Source of the DNA: a plasmid
DNA: 64,000 nt
Sequence record: NZ_CP024426.1
Reading direction: 5' to 3' (one strand)
Both the position numbers and the translations under genes were made by a program. Every line of letters starts with the position of its first letter. Positions within the stretch are counted from its first letter, which is position 1. Shown here in pieces: positions 48,457-57,327 of this stretch. Under the pieces are notes generated by a model. It was not told where the DNA came from, did not search any database, and worked only from the letters and a program-made list of their open reading frames with translations.

Positions 48457-48564
48457 ATGAAACCCCTGGTTCTTTTCCTGACGTTGACCTTTTCCCTGAT
48501 TGGTGCCCTGGACAGCGGCCCGGCCCACGCCGGACCTTGCAATCCCAACGTCCAACGCTGCTGA
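48457..48564 (+). CDS. 35-aa secreted microprotein precursor MKPLVLFLTLTFSLIGALDSGPAHA|GPCNPNVQRC
   Basis: Perfect SD (TTAGGAGGTgcgaATG). Classic Sec signal with AHA cleavage site. Mature decapeptide with two Cys. Immediately upstream of the giant membrane-protein gene. Confidence 0.55.
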   Translation: MKPLVLFLTLTFSLIGALDSGPAHAGPCNPNVQRC

Positions 48565-48570
48565 ACGACT

Positions 48571-48614
48571 CCGGCGCCGACCCCTGGGGCCGGCGCCCGG
48601 TTTTCCGTATTTGT
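48571..48614 (+). terminator. GC-rich hairpin plus U-rich tract after the microprotein gene (possible partial terminator/attenuator)
   Basis: GGCGCCGACCCC-tg-GGGGCCGGCGCC (1 mismatch) followed by GTTTTCCGTATTTG. Confidence 0.35.
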
Positions 48615-48635
48615 TAATCGGTATTCGGAGGCCCC

Positions 48636-51600
48636 ATGGCAGACCCATGGCCGGCCGAGGTGCCCGCGTCCCTGTGGACCTTCAACCAGCTTTCCGCCGA
48701 AGAGGTGGTGCAGGTCCCCATGATGGGCGTCAAATTCGCCTCGGGCTTCTTGTACGCCTTTGCCTTTGGCTGCATTTTCATCGCGGTTTTCGCCTGGCAA
48801 AGATTTCGCATCAAGACGGTGGTGAAATCCCCGTCGCGCGCCCTGACCCAGCTTGGGCCCAATGACCTTGGCGGCCAGGCTGCCCTGATCCGGGCCTATT
48901 TCATCTATGCGGGCTCGATCCTGCTGCTTTATGTCTCGTTGACGTTCTTTGGCAAGCTGCTGGTGCAGATGGCCCGCCTGGTGCCTGCCATCGGCATCGA
49001 CGCCTATGCAGACAAGCTGCGCTTCGACAGCCCGCAATGGCCGCTGATGCTGGCATTCGGCTTTGCAGGCCTGGCGCAGATGCTGCCCCCGGTCGCCGCG
49101 ATCGAAGGCTGGCTGCGGCTGCGCGCCTATCGCGCGGTGGGCATCCCGGTGCGGCTGGAACAGACCATGCGCAACCTGATCGTGACCCTGGAGCGCGCGG
49201 GGCCGAAAGGCGACCTAGAGGAATCCCCGCTGGGCAAGGCGCTGTCATGCTATCGCGCGCAATGGGACGGGATAATCAAAGGCCACGCCTGGGCGGGCGC
49301 CTGGGCGCGGCGGCGCGCGAGCCGCGCGCAGGACCTGGTTTCGCTGTTGTCGCAGCTTGAACTGCTGGTGTCCTGGTCCAAAAGCAAGCGCGGCAGCTGG
49401 CCGGGACACGAGGTGTCCCAGACCGTGCGCGACCTTGAGGAAACCTATGTCCGCGAAAGCGGAGACCTGCTGAACGAATTCCAGCAGCGCATGAGCGAAC
49501 CGCCCGAGATCGACGACAGGCGCCTGTCCGGCACCCGCGAGGCCCGGTTGGACGATTATCTTAACACGACGTTCAGCAAAGCCGAAGGCTTGCGCCATGA
49601 CTTGGTGGGAATCCTTGCGATCTTTCTGGAACGCGACATCGACAGCCCCGACCGCACTGATGACTTCAAGGATCACAGCTATACGGACCCTGCCCTGCAC
49701 GCGCTTCTGATCAAGACCGCGCGGGCGGACAGCGCGGGGACAGGCCCGGAATCGGGGCTGTTCGCCGCCCTGATCGCCGTCTTCGTCCTGTGCGCCGCCG
49801 CGGCTTGGCGGGGACTGCAGGATCCGGTGGGGCAATATGTCGAGCGGACGAACCTTTACGGGATGCTGATCTCGGCGCTGGTGGAAACGCTGCGCCTGGC
49901 TTCCCTGACCTGGCTGCCGCTTCTTGCCGCATTTTCGCTGCGCCAATACCTGTGGGACAACGGCGACTGGGCCCGCGCGCGCTACAGCACCAAGCCCGAT
50001 CACTATGCCGGGCAGATCCTAGTCTGCACGTCGCTTGGCGTTGCGACAGGTGTGCTGGGACTGGTTCTGGTGGCTGCGCTGAAGGCGTTCTTCATTGCCA
50101 CAAACCGCGAGTATTTTGCCGAATTGCTGGCGGGGGGCCCCGCGCCGTTCCTGCTTTACTATCCGACGCAGGCGATCATCCTGCCCGCGCTGATCCCCCT
50201 GGCCATCTATTCCGCCGATCTAAGCAAGACCCCGCACCGCCGGCTGATCTGGGGTGTCGTGGCGGCCCTGGTGATCGGGACGCTATGGCTTGCCCATGCA
50301 ACCTACTGGAACGGGACCGTCCTGATCCGCGACTGCGTGTCCGCGACCGCAATTCTGACCGAGGCCTGCGTCCGCCGGATGGACCTGATAAGCCATCTGG
50401 CCCTGATGACACTGACCTTTCTGGCGGTCGGCATCTTTGGCGACCTGCCCGAGCGGCGCCGCGCGAATGTCCGTGAACGCGAGCGGACCGGGACAGGCGT
50501 CGAAAGCGCCGCCGGTCTGGCATTGCTGGCGATGCTGTTCCCGATGCTGGTCTTGGCGCCAACGTCAGCCCGCGCCGAGCCCGAGCCGGTTCGCATCGGG
50601 TTTCGCTTCGACATCGCGCCATTTTCCTATCGGAATGAAGCAAGCGGCCCGCGCCAGTTCCACGGCTATCTGGCCGATATGTGCTTTGACATCTTCGACG
50701 GCTATCCCGCCTACAAGGTCGAGGCCGTGCCCGTCGGGGCGAAAGACCGCTTCGACATGTTCAACGCGGGTAACGTGGATCTCTTGTGCGACGCCGTTAC
50801 CATGCGGTTTTCCGAACGCGACCGATCCGAAAAGGGGATCTATTCACCCATCGTCTTCGTATCGGGCGTGTCCTATCTGGAAACGGGCAACCGCAATGTC
50901 GGGGCGGTCGCTCTGGGCTTCGTGCTGAACGCGACGGCGCGGGACGTTGCGCTCAAGACCTGCCATGTGGACCAGTTTCGGGTCTTCATGCCGGATACGC
51001 GGGCGCTGCTGGTGGAACGCTGCAACCTGCGCTGGCAGGCGGCATTGCTGGCCCAGCGTTTGCTGAACGAACCAAGCATCGTGCAAAGCCCCGCAAGCCA
51101 GATCGCGGTCACGCAGGTCGATCCACGCCGGCGCGCATCCCTTGATGCTGTCATGGAGTCTTGGCGTCGCCTGCACGAGGACTGGGAAACGCTTCACCAA
51201 AGGGCCGAAAATCTGAACACGATGGTCCAGGACCAGAACATCACGCGGTTGAGCACCGCCACCACGGCACTGATCAAAACCGTGCTGAGTGACGGGAACG
51301 GTATCCAGACCTGCCTGGACAGCCTAGGGAGGAACGCTGCGGTCTGCGCCGAGGCCAGCAAAGCCCTGTCCGACCCGCGTTGCGGCGGGATCGCCGACAA
51401 GAACGCCTCTGCCAAGGCACCGGCCGATGCGAACATCCCCTTTGAGCAGCGCATATGGGACGATTACAGTTTTTGCCCCATGTCCGACCACGGCGCGCTG
51501 ATCAAGTGGTTCTGCACATCCGGCAAGGACCTGCGCCGAGTCTATCTGGGCGACCGCGAGCTGATCGTCGCCAAGCGCGACGCCTGGGCGCGCGACATCG

Positions 51601-51920
51601 GTTCATGCCCGGTGCAGCGGGCCGAGGGGGCCGAGTTCCTGTCCTATGAGCCTTATGCATTTCTGGTTCAAAGGAAAAAGCCCGCCCTGGCGGCCTTCGT
51701 CCAGCAGCGGGTCTATGAGCTGTTTTCGAACCGCGCCCAGATGATCGCGCGCTTCAACGCCAGCTTTTCCAGGAAGGATGCTTCCGGCAGCGGCCAGCCG
51801 GATGTTCGCATGTCCGTGCCTCTGGCCTATCTGTTCCTGCTGAACGCCGTCGAGAACGACACGCTGTTCCTGCCGAACGCCGATCTGTCGCCGGAAGCGG
51901 CGGCGGGGAACCGCCCTTAG
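48636..51920 (+). CDS. 1094-aa polytopic membrane protein with a C-terminal periplasmic, Cys-rich solute-binding-protein (SBP family 3-like) domain; family unknown
   Basis: GGAGG SD 5 nt upstream. Roughly 10 predicted TM helices in aa 1-645. Internal signal-like helix (aa 625-646). Then RIGFRFDIAPFSY…YEPYAFLVQRKKP, which resembles bilobed polar amino-acid SBPs, interrupted by a Cys-rich insert. Confidence 0.85.
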   Translation: MADPWPAEVPASLWTFNQLSAEEVVQVPMMGVKFASGFLYAFAFGCIFIAVFAWQRFRIKTVVKSPSRALTQLGPNDLGGQAALIRAYFIYAGSILLLYVSLTFFGKLLVQMARLVPAIGIDAYADKLRFDSPQWPLMLAFGFAGLAQMLPPVAAIEGWLRLRAYRAVGIPVRLEQTMRNLIVTLERAGPKGDLEESPLGKALSCYRAQWDGIIKGHAWAGAWARRRASRAQDLVSLLSQLELLVSWSKSKRGSWPGHEVSQTVRDLEETYVRESGDLLNEFQQRMSEPPEIDDRRLSGTREARLDDYLNTTFSKAEGLRHDLVGILAIFLERDIDSPDRTDDFKDHSYTDPALHALLIKTARADSAGTGPESGLFAALIAVFVLCAAAAWRGLQDPVGQYVERTNLYGMLISALVETLRLASLTWLPLLAAFSLRQYLWDNGDWARARYSTKPDHYAGQILVCTSLGVATGVLGLVLVAALKAFFIATNREYFAELLAGGPAPFLLYYPTQAIILPALIPLAIYSADLSKTPHRRLIWGVVAALVIGTLWLAHATYWNGTVLIRDCVSATAILTEACVRRMDLISHLALMTLTFLAVGIFGDLPERRRANVRERERTGTGVESAAGLALLAMLFPMLVLAPTSARAEPEPVRIGFRFDIAPFSYRNEASGPRQFHGYLADMCFDIFDGYPAYKVEAVPVGAKDRFDMFNAGNVDLLCDAVTMRFSERDRSEKGIYSPIVFVSGVSYLETGNRNVGAVALGFVLNATARDVALKTCHVDQFRVFMPDTRALLVERCNLRWQAALLAQRLLNEPSIVQSPASQIAVTQVDPRRRASLDAVMESWRRLHEDWETLHQRAENLNTMVQDQNITRLSTATTALIKTVLSDGNGIQTCLDSLGRNAAVCAEASKALSDPRCGGIADKNASAKAPADANIPFEQRIWDDYSFCPMSDHGALIKWFCTSGKDLRRVYLGDRELIVAKRDAWARDIGSCPVQRAEGAEFLSYEPYAFLVQRKKPALAAFVQQRVYELFSNRAQMIARFNASFSRKDASGSGQPDVRMSVPLAYLFLLNAVENDTLFLPNADLSPEAAAGNRP

Positions 51921-51957
51921 CCGACCCATCCGCAACCCTTGCAGGCAGGAGCCGCCC

Positions 51958-54900
51958 ATGAAGCTGCAGATCCACGGCCAAAAGCAGGTCCCGGTCGACG
52001 AGACGCCGGCAGCAAACGGGGCCGTTACCGTCGAGGTCAAGGACAGGGTCACCGTGACCGGCCTCCGCGGCGATGCCCTGCCGGTGCAGATCGACCTGCC
52101 GCCGGACCATGTGCTGGAACTGCAGATGGAGGGCGAGGGCGCCCCCCGCCTGCTGCTGCGCGGGGACGAGGCGCAGGCCCTGCTGGCGGGCGGCGCGGCG
52201 ATGACCCGCGACGGCGCGGGCGACGATCTGCTGGTGCTGCCGACCCATCTGCAGCTTGACCCGCCCGCGCGCGGTCGCCGCGGTCTGGACCGGGGACTGC
52301 TGGCCTGGGCGGTTAAGACCGTCCAGGTGCTCAAGGTCGATGGCAAGCCCGCCGAGGCAGCCCGCCAGCTTGAGGATCAGAACCCCGCGCTGGGGCTGAA
52401 CCGCTGGCTGCCCGACGGCACGCTGGAGCCCCTTGCCCCCGGCACCGCAGCCGAGGGCAAGACCTGGCTTTTGTTCCTGCACGGCACGGCCTCTTCGACG
52501 CTGGAGGGCTTTGGCAAGCTGATCGGGGCGCAGCCGGCGATCTGGCGCCAGCTGCATGCGACCTACCCCGGACGGGTGCTGGCCTTCGACCACCGCACCC
52601 TGACCGAGGATCCGATCCAGAACGCCACGACGCTGCTGGCGGCGCTGCCTCCGGACATCACTCTGCACCTTGTCAGCCACAGCCGCGGCGGGCTGGTGGG
52701 CGAATTGCTGGCCCGGCCGCAACTGGTCGCGCCGGGCACCGACACGGTGTTCGACCCGGCCGAGGTGCAGGAACTGGCCGAACGGGACCGCCCTGCGGCC
52801 GAGGAACTGGGCCAGGCGCTGGTCGCTAGCGGGGTGCGGGTCACGCGCTTTGTCCGGGTGGCCTGCCCGGCGCGCGGCACCGACCTTGCCGGTGGCCGGC
52901 TGGACCGCTGGCTGAACCTGCTGTTCAACCTGGTGCAGCAAACGATCGACCCCCTGGCCATCGACGATGCTGTGAAGCGCAAGGTCGAGGGGCTGCGGCG
53001 GCTGGCCTTGGCGGCCTCGGCCGGGAAAGACAACCCCGACGCCCTGCCCGGCATCGCGGCCATGGCGCCGGATTCGTCCCCGCTGCTGGCCATCCTGAAC
53101 CGCCGCCCCGCCAACCCCGCCCCGCCCCAGGACGAAGCCCCCGCACAGGACGGGCTGGTCGTCATCGGCGGCGACGCCGAGCCGGCGGGCGTCGTCAAGC
53201 GCCTGCTGGTCTGGCTGGCCGACGCGCTGCTCCAGGGAGAGAACGACCTGGTGGTGGAAACCGGCTCGGTCGGGGGCGGGACGCCCCGCGCCGTGGCCCC
53301 GCCCCTGGTGCTGGATCGCGGGCCGCAGGTCGATCATTCGCGCTTCTTCGCCAACGACCGGACCGCGCAGGCGATGCTGCTGGGATTGCGCGACCCCGCC
53401 CTGCTGAGAGAGGGCTCGGTCCCCTCGCTGCCCGAGCAGATGCGCGAGGCCGAGGCCAGGCTGCGCAGCACGATCCGCTCGGCCGATGCCGCGCCTTTTC
53501 TGTCGCGGGGCCGGGGCACGCCACTGGCCGTTATACTGCCTGGGATCACCGGCAGCCACCTTGCCGTGGGGAAGAATCGCGTCTGGGTCAGCCCTTTCGG
53601 CATCTGCACGCGGGGCGTGAAGTCCCTGGCGCTCGGCAAGACGCAGATCACGGAAGACGGGGTGGTCGGGCTTTACTACGGCGCGCTTTGCGATCATCTG
53701 GCGCGCAGCCACGAGGTCGTGGCCATGCCTTATGACTGGCGCCTGTCCCTGCAGGACCTGGGCGCCCGCCTGGCGGCAAGGCTGACGGCCCTGCTGGCCC
53801 AGGACGACAGCCGCCCGCTTCACATCGTCGGCCATTCGATGGGCGGGCTGGTCGCGCGCATGGCGCTGGCCCAGTCGCCCGAGCTGATGCGCGGCTTTCT
53901 GGCCCATCCCGAATCGCGCTTGCTGATGCTGGGGACGCCGAACGGCGGGTCCTGGCAGATGGGGCTGGCGCTGTTGGGACGGACCCGGACGGTCAAGGCG
54001 CTGGCCCTGCTCAGCCCGCATGACGACATCGGCGACATCACCGCCATCCTGCGCGAATGGCCCGGCGCGGTGCAGCTTTTGCCGCCCGAGCTGCTGGTCC
54101 CGGAACCCTGGGCGGGATTTGACGCCGAAGCGCCCTCGGCCCAGGCTTTGGCCTTGGCGGCGCAGGCCCAGGTCCTGCTGCGGGACAAGGCGGGCATTCC
54201 GAAAGGCCGCAGCCTTTACGTCGCCGGGATGGGCGATACCTGCGCCGAGCTTCTTGTCGTCGATGGCGCGTTGAGCATGCGGGTTTCGCCCGAGGGCGAC
54301 GGCACCGTCTTGTGGCGCACCGGCATCCCCGACGGGGTCCCGGTCTGGTATGCGCCGTCGGAACACGGCGACCTGTGCAAGGACGCCTATCTGCATCCGG
54401 CAATCGCCGACCTGCTGCTGCGGGGAACGACCACCCTGCTGTCGGACCGGCCGGGCCGGCGCGGGGCGACTGCCGCAGTGGCGGCCACCCAGGTCGTCCC
54501 GGCCACGGAGGTTCTGCCCCTGATCCCTTCGGGCCCGCAGCTGCTGGCGATGGCCATGGGGGCCAGCCCGCCCGCGCTGCTGGACCGCTCGGCCCCCAGC
54601 CCCGAGGTCCGCGTGACCGTGGTCCACGGCAACCTGGAGTTCGCGCGCCACCCGATTCTGGTCGGCCACAACCTGGGCGATCCGATCATGGGGGCCGAGG
54701 CGGCGCTGGACCGCAGCCTGAACGGCAGGCTCAGCCGGCGCAATGCGCGCGGCCTGCACCCCGGCATCATCGAAAGCTGGGATGTGCATGTGGAACCCGT
54801 CACCACGACCGATGCGGGCGGCGCGGCGGGCACGGGCCTGCGGGGCGGCATCGTGGTGGGGCTGGGCGTCGCCTCGGCACTGACCACGGGCAGCCTGATG

Positions 54901-57327
54901 CGGACCATCCGCTGCGGTCTGCTGGCCTATGCCGACGCCGTCCAGCAGACCGACACGGACCGGCGCGCCCTGGCCGTTTCGGTGGTGTTGCTGGGCAGCG
55001 GCAGCGGCATGATCGCGGTCGCCGACAGCGTCAACGCCATCCTGAACGCGGTCGACCAGGCCAACCGCCTGCTGGAAACCGAGCCTGCCGGCGCGGTCCC
55101 GGGCGACGAGCCCCTGCGCTTTACCGAGATCGAGATCATCGAGTCGGTCGAACAGATCGCCGTCACCGCCTGGCACTCGGCGCGCGGCCGCATCACCCGC
55201 CTGCCCGGCCGCTTCGCCCTGGCCGGCCGGCTGGAGCAGGGGCGTGGCGGCTGGCGCCGGACCGGCCCCGAAACCGCGCCCGACTGGTGGATGGAGGTGT
55301 CGATCACCTCGGACCCGCCCGAGCCGGCCGCGCCCGGCCAGCCCGGCCGCGAAGGCCCGCTGCGCTATCTGCTGGTGGACGGGCGCGCCCGGGTCGAGGC
55401 CAAGGTGGTCGCCACCAGCCGCCGGCTGGTCGGGCACTATGTCTCGATGATCCCGGACAGCGTGGGCATGGCGGACCCGCGGGGCCTGTCGCCGGGGCGG
55501 ACGCTGTTTGAACTGCTGTGGCCCGCAGAGCTGAAGCAGCACAGCATCGAGGACCGCAACCTGCGCTTGGTTCTGGACCGCGAGACGGCTGCGATCCCGT
55601 GGGAGATGCTGGACGACCGCCGCCCCGCGCGCGACGGCTTCGGCGAAGAGGTCCTGATGGCGACCAAGCCCCCGTCCGTGCGCTACGGGGTGCTGCGCCA
55701 GCTGTTGGCGCAACGCGAGCGTCCGCTTCGGCCTCTGGGCGGCGGCAACCGGCAGGCGCTGGTCATCGGCGATCCGCGCGGGGGCGGCAGCACGCTGCCC
55801 ACCCTGCCCGGCGCCCGGGCCGAGGCCGAAGCGGTCGCAGGTCTGCTGGAGGCGGCAGGCTATGGCGTGACGCGCATGATCGGCGACACCGCCACCCCGG
55901 ACCAGGTGATCGCCGCGCTGTTCTCGCGCGTGTGGGACGTGATCCATGTGGCCAGCCACGGCGTCCTTGACTGGCAACCCACCCCCGACCAGCCGCCGCG
56001 CACCGGGATCGTGCTGGGCGCGCCGCCGCTGGACGTGATCGAATCCGGCATCCTGGCGCAACTGCCCGAGCCGCCGGCGCTGGCCTTTCTGAACTGTTGC
56101 CACCTGGGCAGCATCCCCGAAAGCGACCGTCACCTGCGCCGCGACCGGCCGGCCCTGGCCGCAAGCCTGGCGGTCGAACTGATCGAGGCGGGCTGCCCCG
56201 CCGTGGTCGCCTGCGGCTGGGCCGTCGACGACGGCTCCGCCATGCGCTTTGCCCGCACGCTTTACACCGATCTTTGCGGCGGCCAGAACTTTGGCGCCGC
56301 CGTGCGCCATGCGCGCGAGGTGGCCCATGACGGCGCCACCACCGACAACACCTGGGGCGCCTATCAGTGCTATGGGCATCCGGGCTTTGCGCTGTCGCTT
56401 GCGCCCAGGGGCTGGACCGAGGCCACGCCGGACGCCGCCTCTCCGTCCGAGGCGGTGGCGGTTCTGCAGCGCCTGAGCACCTGCGCCACCGCCCCGCCTG
56501 CGCCGCTGTCCGGCGATCCCGCCGGGACCCAGCGCCTGCGCCAGGACTTCTTGGCCACGCGCGAGGCCGATTTGATCCGCCTGGGCAAGTTCGAGGAGGA
56601 CATCCGCAGGAACGGCTGGGCCGACCGCTCGGATGTGGCAAGCGCGCTTGGCGATGCCTATGCCGCCTGCGGCGACATCACCAGCGCCGTCGATGCCTAT
56701 CGCCGCGCGGCCATGGCCGAGACGCTGACCCTGCCGGTGCGCGCGCTGCAGGACCGATTTGCGCTGCCTTTGCGCCTGCCGAAGGATGACGCCAACGAAC
56801 TGCGCGCCGCGGTCCAGGCGATGGGCCTGCTGAACACCGCCTGCGGCCCCAGCCCGCAGCGGCTGGAACTGATCGCGGGCCTGCACCTGCGCCTGGCCGC
56901 CCTGGAAAGCCAGGCCAAGCCCCGGAACGCCGCGCTGGACCAGGCCCTGGACGCGCTGAACGAGGCGCATGATCTGGCCACCCAAGGCGGCAGCGTTGCC
57001 GCGGCCGGGCGTATCGCGCTGCGGCGGCTGCTGGCGGCCATCCTGCGCGGCAAGAATGCGGCCGACACGGCAACGGCCGCCGGGGCGGCGCTGGCGGCCT
57101 TGCCACGGGACGACCCGCAGCGCCCGCTGGCGCTGTTCCTGCAGGCGCTGGCGCAGGGCGACACGAATGCAATCGCCGCCCTGCCCCGGGACGACGCCCT
57201 TCAAGCCCTGGACTCCGACACGCTGTGGACCCTGGCCGAGGCGGCGCGGCTGGCCGGGGACTGCCTGACCGGATCCTTGGGCGATGCGGCCAAGGCCTGC
57301 GCCCGCGACCTGTCGATGCTGATCTAG
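51958..57327 (+). CDS. 1789-aa cytoplasmic multidomain protein with two lipase-like alpha/beta hydrolase domains, a CHAT (caspase-like) protease domain and a helical/TPR-like C-terminus
   Basis: Hydrolase 1: LFLHGTASS oxyanion motif and nucleophile SHSRGG (Ser242, nt 52681-52683). Hydrolase 2: PGITGSH and GHSMGG (Ser627, nt 53836-53838). CHAT: HVASHG (His1334, nt 55957-55959) and FLNCCHLG (Cys1381, nt 56098-56100). AGGAG SD. No signal peptide. Confidence 0.85.
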   Translation: MKLQIHGQKQVPVDETPAANGAVTVEVKDRVTVTGLRGDALPVQIDLPPDHVLELQMEGEGAPRLLLRGDEAQALLAGGAAMTRDGAGDDLLVLPTHLQLDPPARGRRGLDRGLLAWAVKTVQVLKVDGKPAEAARQLEDQNPALGLNRWLPDGTLEPLAPGTAAEGKTWLLFLHGTASSTLEGFGKLIGAQPAIWRQLHATYPGRVLAFDHRTLTEDPIQNATTLLAALPPDITLHLVSHSRGGLVGELLARPQLVAPGTDTVFDPAEVQELAERDRPAAEELGQALVASGVRVTRFVRVACPARGTDLAGGRLDRWLNLLFNLVQQTIDPLAIDDAVKRKVEGLRRLALAASAGKDNPDALPGIAAMAPDSSPLLAILNRRPANPAPPQDEAPAQDGLVVIGGDAEPAGVVKRLLVWLADALLQGENDLVVETGSVGGGTPRAVAPPLVLDRGPQVDHSRFFANDRTAQAMLLGLRDPALLREGSVPSLPEQMREAEARLRSTIRSADAAPFLSRGRGTPLAVILPGITGSHLAVGKNRVWVSPFGICTRGVKSLALGKTQITEDGVVGLYYGALCDHLARSHEVVAMPYDWRLSLQDLGARLAARLTALLAQDDSRPLHIVGHSMGGLVARMALAQSPELMRGFLAHPESRLLMLGTPNGGSWQMGLALLGRTRTVKALALLSPHDDIGDITAILREWPGAVQLLPPELLVPEPWAGFDAEAPSAQALALAAQAQVLLRDKAGIPKGRSLYVAGMGDTCAELLVVDGALSMRVSPEGDGTVLWRTGIPDGVPVWYAPSEHGDLCKDAYLHPAIADLLLRGTTTLLSDRPGRRGATAAVAATQVVPATEVLPLIPSGPQLLAMAMGASPPALLDRSAPSPEVRVTVVHGNLEFARHPILVGHNLGDPIMGAEAALDRSLNGRLSRRNARGLHPGIIESWDVHVEPVTTTDAGGAAGTGLRGGIVVGLGVASALTTGSLMRTIRCGLLAYADAVQQTDTDRRALAVSVVLLGSGSGMIAVADSVNAILNAVDQANRLLETEPAGAVPGDEPLRFTEIEIIESVEQIAVTAWHSARGRITRLPGRFALAGRLEQGRGGWRRTGPETAPDWWMEVSITSDPPEPAAPGQPGREGPLRYLLVDGRARVEAKVVATSRRLVGHYVSMIPDSVGMADPRGLSPGRTLFELLWPAELKQHSIEDRNLRLVLDRETAAIPWEMLDDRRPARDGFGEEVLMATKPPSVRYGVLRQLLAQRERPLRPLGGGNRQALVIGDPRGGGSTLPTLPGARAEAEAVAGLLEAAGYGVTRMIGDTATPDQVIAALFSRVWDVIHVASHGVLDWQPTPDQPPRTGIVLGAPPLDVIESGILAQLPEPPALAFLNCCHLGSIPESDRHLRRDRPALAASLAVELIEAGCPAVVACGWAVDDGSAMRFARTLYTDLCGGQNFGAAVRHAREVAHDGATTDNTWGAYQCYGHPGFALSLAPRGWTEATPDAASPSEAVAVLQRLSTCATAPPAPLSGDPAGTQRLRQDFLATREADLIRLGKFEEDIRRNGWADRSDVASALGDAYAACGDITSAVDAYRRAAMAETLTLPVRALQDRFALPLRLPKDDANELRAAVQAMGLLNTACGPSPQRLELIAGLHLRLAALESQAKPRNAALDQALDALNEAHDLATQGGSVAAAGRIALRRLLAAILRGKNAADTATAAGAALAALPRDDPQRPLALFLQALAQGDTNAIAALPRDDALQALDSDTLWTLAEAARLAGDCLTGSLGDAAKACARDLSMLI

